Origin: Auanema rhodensis
Taxonomy: Eukaryota; Animalia; Nematoda
Direction: 5' to 3'
DNA: 64,000 nt
Assembly (NCBI GenBank): GCA_964057225.1
Contig: OZ059899.1
Location: 12,462,001-12,526,000 of the forward strand
The position numbers and the translations under genes were made by a program. A model generated the notes under the pieces. It saw only the letters and a program-made list of their open reading frames with translations, was not told the origin of the DNA and ran no database searches. This document shows, piece after piece, positions 60,131 through 64,000 of the stretch. Positions within the stretch are counted from its first letter, which is position 1, and each line of letters opens with the position of its first letter.

Positions 60131-62084
60131 GGCAACAAAACCATGGGACATGTGCTAGAAGCTGCAACGATGTAGAGCCAACTCGGAGACTGTGCAATGG
60201 CAGAGAGTAAGCATGCTGTTGGAGACTGAAAAGTCCATATTTCGTGTATATTATGAGATACTTTGTTACTTCAATCACTTTCATAAAGCCTGTATCATGT
60301 ATGTCATAATCTATTGTGTTTCCTCAGCTTCACATACAACCTCATTCGAACTCTCAAGTTATGCCATAAGATAGTGGGTGGATATGCCGAGTAATTGAAA
60401 ATAGCAAATAAAATTGAGAGAAAAGATGAGAAAAACGAACAGAAATAGAATTTCGGTTACTGTATAGATCGGAAGAGAGCAGCTTGAGCATCAGATGAAC
60501 AGATTTAGAGAGAGATCATAAAGAAATACGAGAGTAACAGAGAGGTAAATGAAAAGAAAAAGAGAGAGACTGAATTTTCGAGGCTTTACACCGTGCATCA
60601 TCAGCTGCGAATGAGAGAACCGGCTCATCAGTTGAATCGTCGTAAAGATCACAGCAGCTGTAGAGAGTCATTGTAGAGAGATTAGCTGAAAACCGTACAG
60701 TGAAGGAGAGAGAGTAAGACAGTCAGGTAAAGATGGAGAGAATGAAAAAGAGAGAGGGAGAGGGAGATAGAGAGAAACATATAGATAATCGAAATAGCTC
60801 TAAATGTTTTGAATGAAAAGAACCGAGAAGTGTACTGAAGGACTGTACAAGTCCGATTTCCGAATCAGCTCCAATCGACTTCTGTGACTGTCGTCTCAGA
60901 TCGTCATTCCCTCAATTTTTATTCGCGGCAATCATCTTTCAGATTAGACGAATTTGTTCTCGACTCGTATCTTATTCTATTCATTTACCATATCATAGTT
61001 TTGAAATTTTATAATTTTCAAAGAATTCTTTTGCTTTTCATTCTCATTCCTCCCCCCTTTTCCCTCCTAATATCTCTACGTGTATGTGTGTGTGTGTGAG
61101 GATGTGTATGTGAGCTATTCAGATACCAGTCGGTTAGCAGCATCTTCTCCGACGGACTACCGAGAACGAGGGTGAGAGAAAAGAGAAATCTGTGGCTCAA
61201 ATCTTTTCTTTTTCTCTCCAAAGCTATGGCCATGCTATCCATCCAGCTTTCAACTGATGAAGGTCGAGAGATACAGTCCCATTTCGCGAGAGCTCAAAGA
61301 TGAAGAGATGGAAGAGATAGAAGAAGCTAAAGCAGACGAGCTAAAGAGGTTGAGAGAGAAAAAGAGAGAACACAAACCCCTTCATCACCTTCTGTTCATA
61401 TCTCTCTTTTTCTATCTATTCTCTATTCTTATTTCTGGCAGGCTGTGCCTTCCGTCTGTAATTTTCCGACCTCTCCCATCGCATACCTGTTGGCATACTA
61501 TCTCTCATATCCTGTCTCTCAAAATATCTCTTTTCTCTTGAATCTCTTTAGCATTTTCTCTTTCTTTCTTTCTTCTATCCACCTCCTCCTGCTAGGGCCC
61601 AGCCCACACCCCCGGAGGCAGAAGCAGCAGTAGAGCAGTCGCGTGTTCTTCGCCTCTGCCATTTGGTCCGTAGTAGCCGACGGGCTGGCACACGGTCCCT
61701 CCAGCTTCTCCCTGATCTGTTTCAGATTTTTAGCTTTTCATCAAGCTAAAGCTTTATAATCTCATTTATATTTCGGTTATATCAATGTAACTAGATATGT
61801 AGATAATCTTCATTATTCAGTAATTCAAAGGCCATTATGATTCACAAATATAACATGTACTCGTCATCTATCATCAATTCTTTTCTATTTTTCTTCATTT
61901 TTCAATTATTTTCTGAAGATTTCTACAATATTTTGTGATTTCTGAATTCTACACAGTGTCTTTCAACTAACATTTCCGTCAATTTCTTCCTCTTCTCAAT
62001 GCTCGTTCTCGTTGTCGCCCATCTGATCACTTTCACCTCGTCATAGCAATGTGCACCGGACTTCTGAATTCTTATTCGACTTTA

Positions 62085-62091
62085 CTTTCAG
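62085..62091 (+). promoter_or_regulatory. Acceptor (probably SL1 trans-splice site) upstream of paramyosin
   Basis: CTTTCAG ending 44 nt before the ATG at 62136. Confidence 0.6.
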
Positions 62092-62135
62092 AGTCTCGAC
62101 GCACGCGGCAGCAGTATCACCACTAGAAGAGAAAG

Positions 62136-63417
62136 ATGTCCTTGTACAGAAGTCCGTCACAGGCTAACAACGTCTACAAGTCACCGTCGATGAGCGCCTT
62201 TGGAGCTCCATTCGGCTCAATGTCTGTTGCCGATCTCGGCAGCTTGACCAGACTTGAGGTACGGCTTCATCCAAATATTTCCGGCTTAATCATCTTAGTC
62301 ATCAACAATATCAGCAACTAATATATATCTATATACATATAATCATTTTAGGATAAGATCCGTCTTCTCCAGGAGGACCTCGAATCCGAGAGAGAACTCA
62401 GAAACCGTGTAAGTACTATAACCTAATATTAAAAACAAATATACTTAAAAATTGAGAGTTACTCGATAGCTTATTCAAGATACAAGTACTATGAAGTTGA
62501 TGTTTTTTTTACTTTCAAGCTAAGTGTGCCAATCAGTTAACTATCATGTATATACATATGTCTGTTCTCTCTCTCATTCTAACACATACACTCAATCTCT
62601 CTCTCTCTCTCTGTATCTATCTATCTAAAACTCTTAATAGAAGTAATCAATTCAAATATATTTTGTCACAAACTATACTATATGGTTAATTAATTCATAA
62701 TACATTGATTGAAGTTCATATATTCTTAAAACTATTCAATCATCACATCGTTTCTTTACCTATGCCCAGAAATTTTTTATTGGCTTTTTCTTCAGTTTCT
62801 TGTTTATCCAATCGATATCAAGTTGCTACCGCCATTTCGCGACATCTGACTGGCATACAGTCACGAGGAAGCAAAAGCTTCTCGTCAACGAACGACAAAA
62901 ATCTCGACTCTCACGTCAAACTGAACAAAAGATAAAATGCTTCCACTCGCTTAGCTTGAAACAATGAAAAACAAAAAAAAACTTATCAACTTCATTTGAA
63001 ACTTGGTGCAGCAAATGCTTGATCATGTTGTCAACATACACAAGATAATTCAATTCCATTTACAGATTGAGCGCGAGCGTGCCGATCTTTCAGTTCAGCT
63101 TATTGCTTTGACTGACCGTCTCGAAGATGCTGAGGGTACCACTGACAGCCAGGTTAGCTTGCCTTGAATGGTATAACACTGGGTATCATACTATTCAGAT
63201 TGAATCCAACCGCAAGAGAGAGGGAGAGCTGCTCAAGCTTCGCAAACTCCTTGAGGAGTCTCAGATGGAGTCTGAGGTAAGCTATCTGCCATCAGATGAC
63301 ATCATTCAACATTCACTATCCATTACAGGATGCTATGAATGTTCTCCGCAAGAAACATCAGGACTCTTGCCTCGACTACCAGGAGCAGACTGAGGCTCTT
63401 CAGAAGAAGAACGCCAA
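62136..63417 (+). CDS. unc-15: Paramyosin (first five exons; gene continues beyond window)
   Basis: Exons 62136-62258, 62352-62408, 63066-63152, 63199-63276 and 63329-63417 give MSLYRSPS...[77 protein letters not shown], the nematode paramyosin N-terminus. Confidence 0.97.
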
Positions 63418-64000
63418 GTACGGCTAGTTGAAACCAACATTCCGATCCCCCTCAAATCGTTCTTCTACCCTTCACCATCATCAACACTTCACTTGAATAT
63501 CCTCTTCTCTTATCCGCTATTCAAACCTTCAATTCCTATAATAGACTTGGATAGATCTCAGCAACGTTTTCTCATTTTCAAAATGTCTTCTGAAGATATT
63601 CGATTGGCTCTTGAACTATTCCTATCTAGAGTTTCAACTATTCGTTCTGCTATCTGTAACATGGCACAGAGAAGAAGAAGAAGAAGCCTATTCGATTCAA
63701 AGTTGATGTCTTGAATGAGAATGCTGAGATCGATTTGCGCATTATGATTTCAAGTTGTTGAGGTTGATATTCATTGTTAAGCATCATCGTTGCTAACAAG
63801 AATAATTACAGCTTATCGAAGCTCAATTGATCGTTTTTCCTCCTCTTCTTCTCAGTTTTTTTTCTTTTTCCCTCAATCTCTTATAGTTCTTGGTAGTTGA
63901 GATAAGATAGAAAATTGAAAAGATAGGGAGAAAGGACGAAGGGAATTCCACCATGCCAACAGCACTACCAACAGCTTTCCTTCACCATTCTCTCTTGCCT

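Overview
Eukaryotic, AT-rich, intron-containing DNA, most likely from a clade V (rhabditid) nematode. This is inferred from ~45-60 nt introns, TTTCAG-type acceptors, trans-splice-like acceptors just before ATGs, and a paramyosin nearly identical to UNC-15. I hand-assembled seven genes. A compact minus-strand block (1-15 kb) holds a SERTA/IER-like orphan, then a probable operon of SNRK kinase, mitochondrial LeuRS and DDX1 (truncated by the window edge). A microsatellite-rich, long-intron domain (15-64 kb) holds a small 4-TM protein gene (+), a 31-kb double-C2 synaptotagmin-like gene (-, probable sue-1 orthologue) and the 5' part of paramyosin (+), the last two head-to-head. No tRNA, rRNA, CRISPR or intact transposon was seen. 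Best leads: a let-7-seed pre-miRNA-like hairpin in the orphan's 3'UTR; three RIM-BP-type RxLPxxP motifs in the TM-less C2 protein; a basic C-terminal extension on mitochondrial LeuRS; a frame-preserving SNRK cassette exon with RBFOX sites; miR-1 8mers in two 3'UTRs; and frequent AAG 3' splice sites limited to the short-intron genes. Gene models are manual, and C. elegans gene names and synteny are from memory and need database confirmation.
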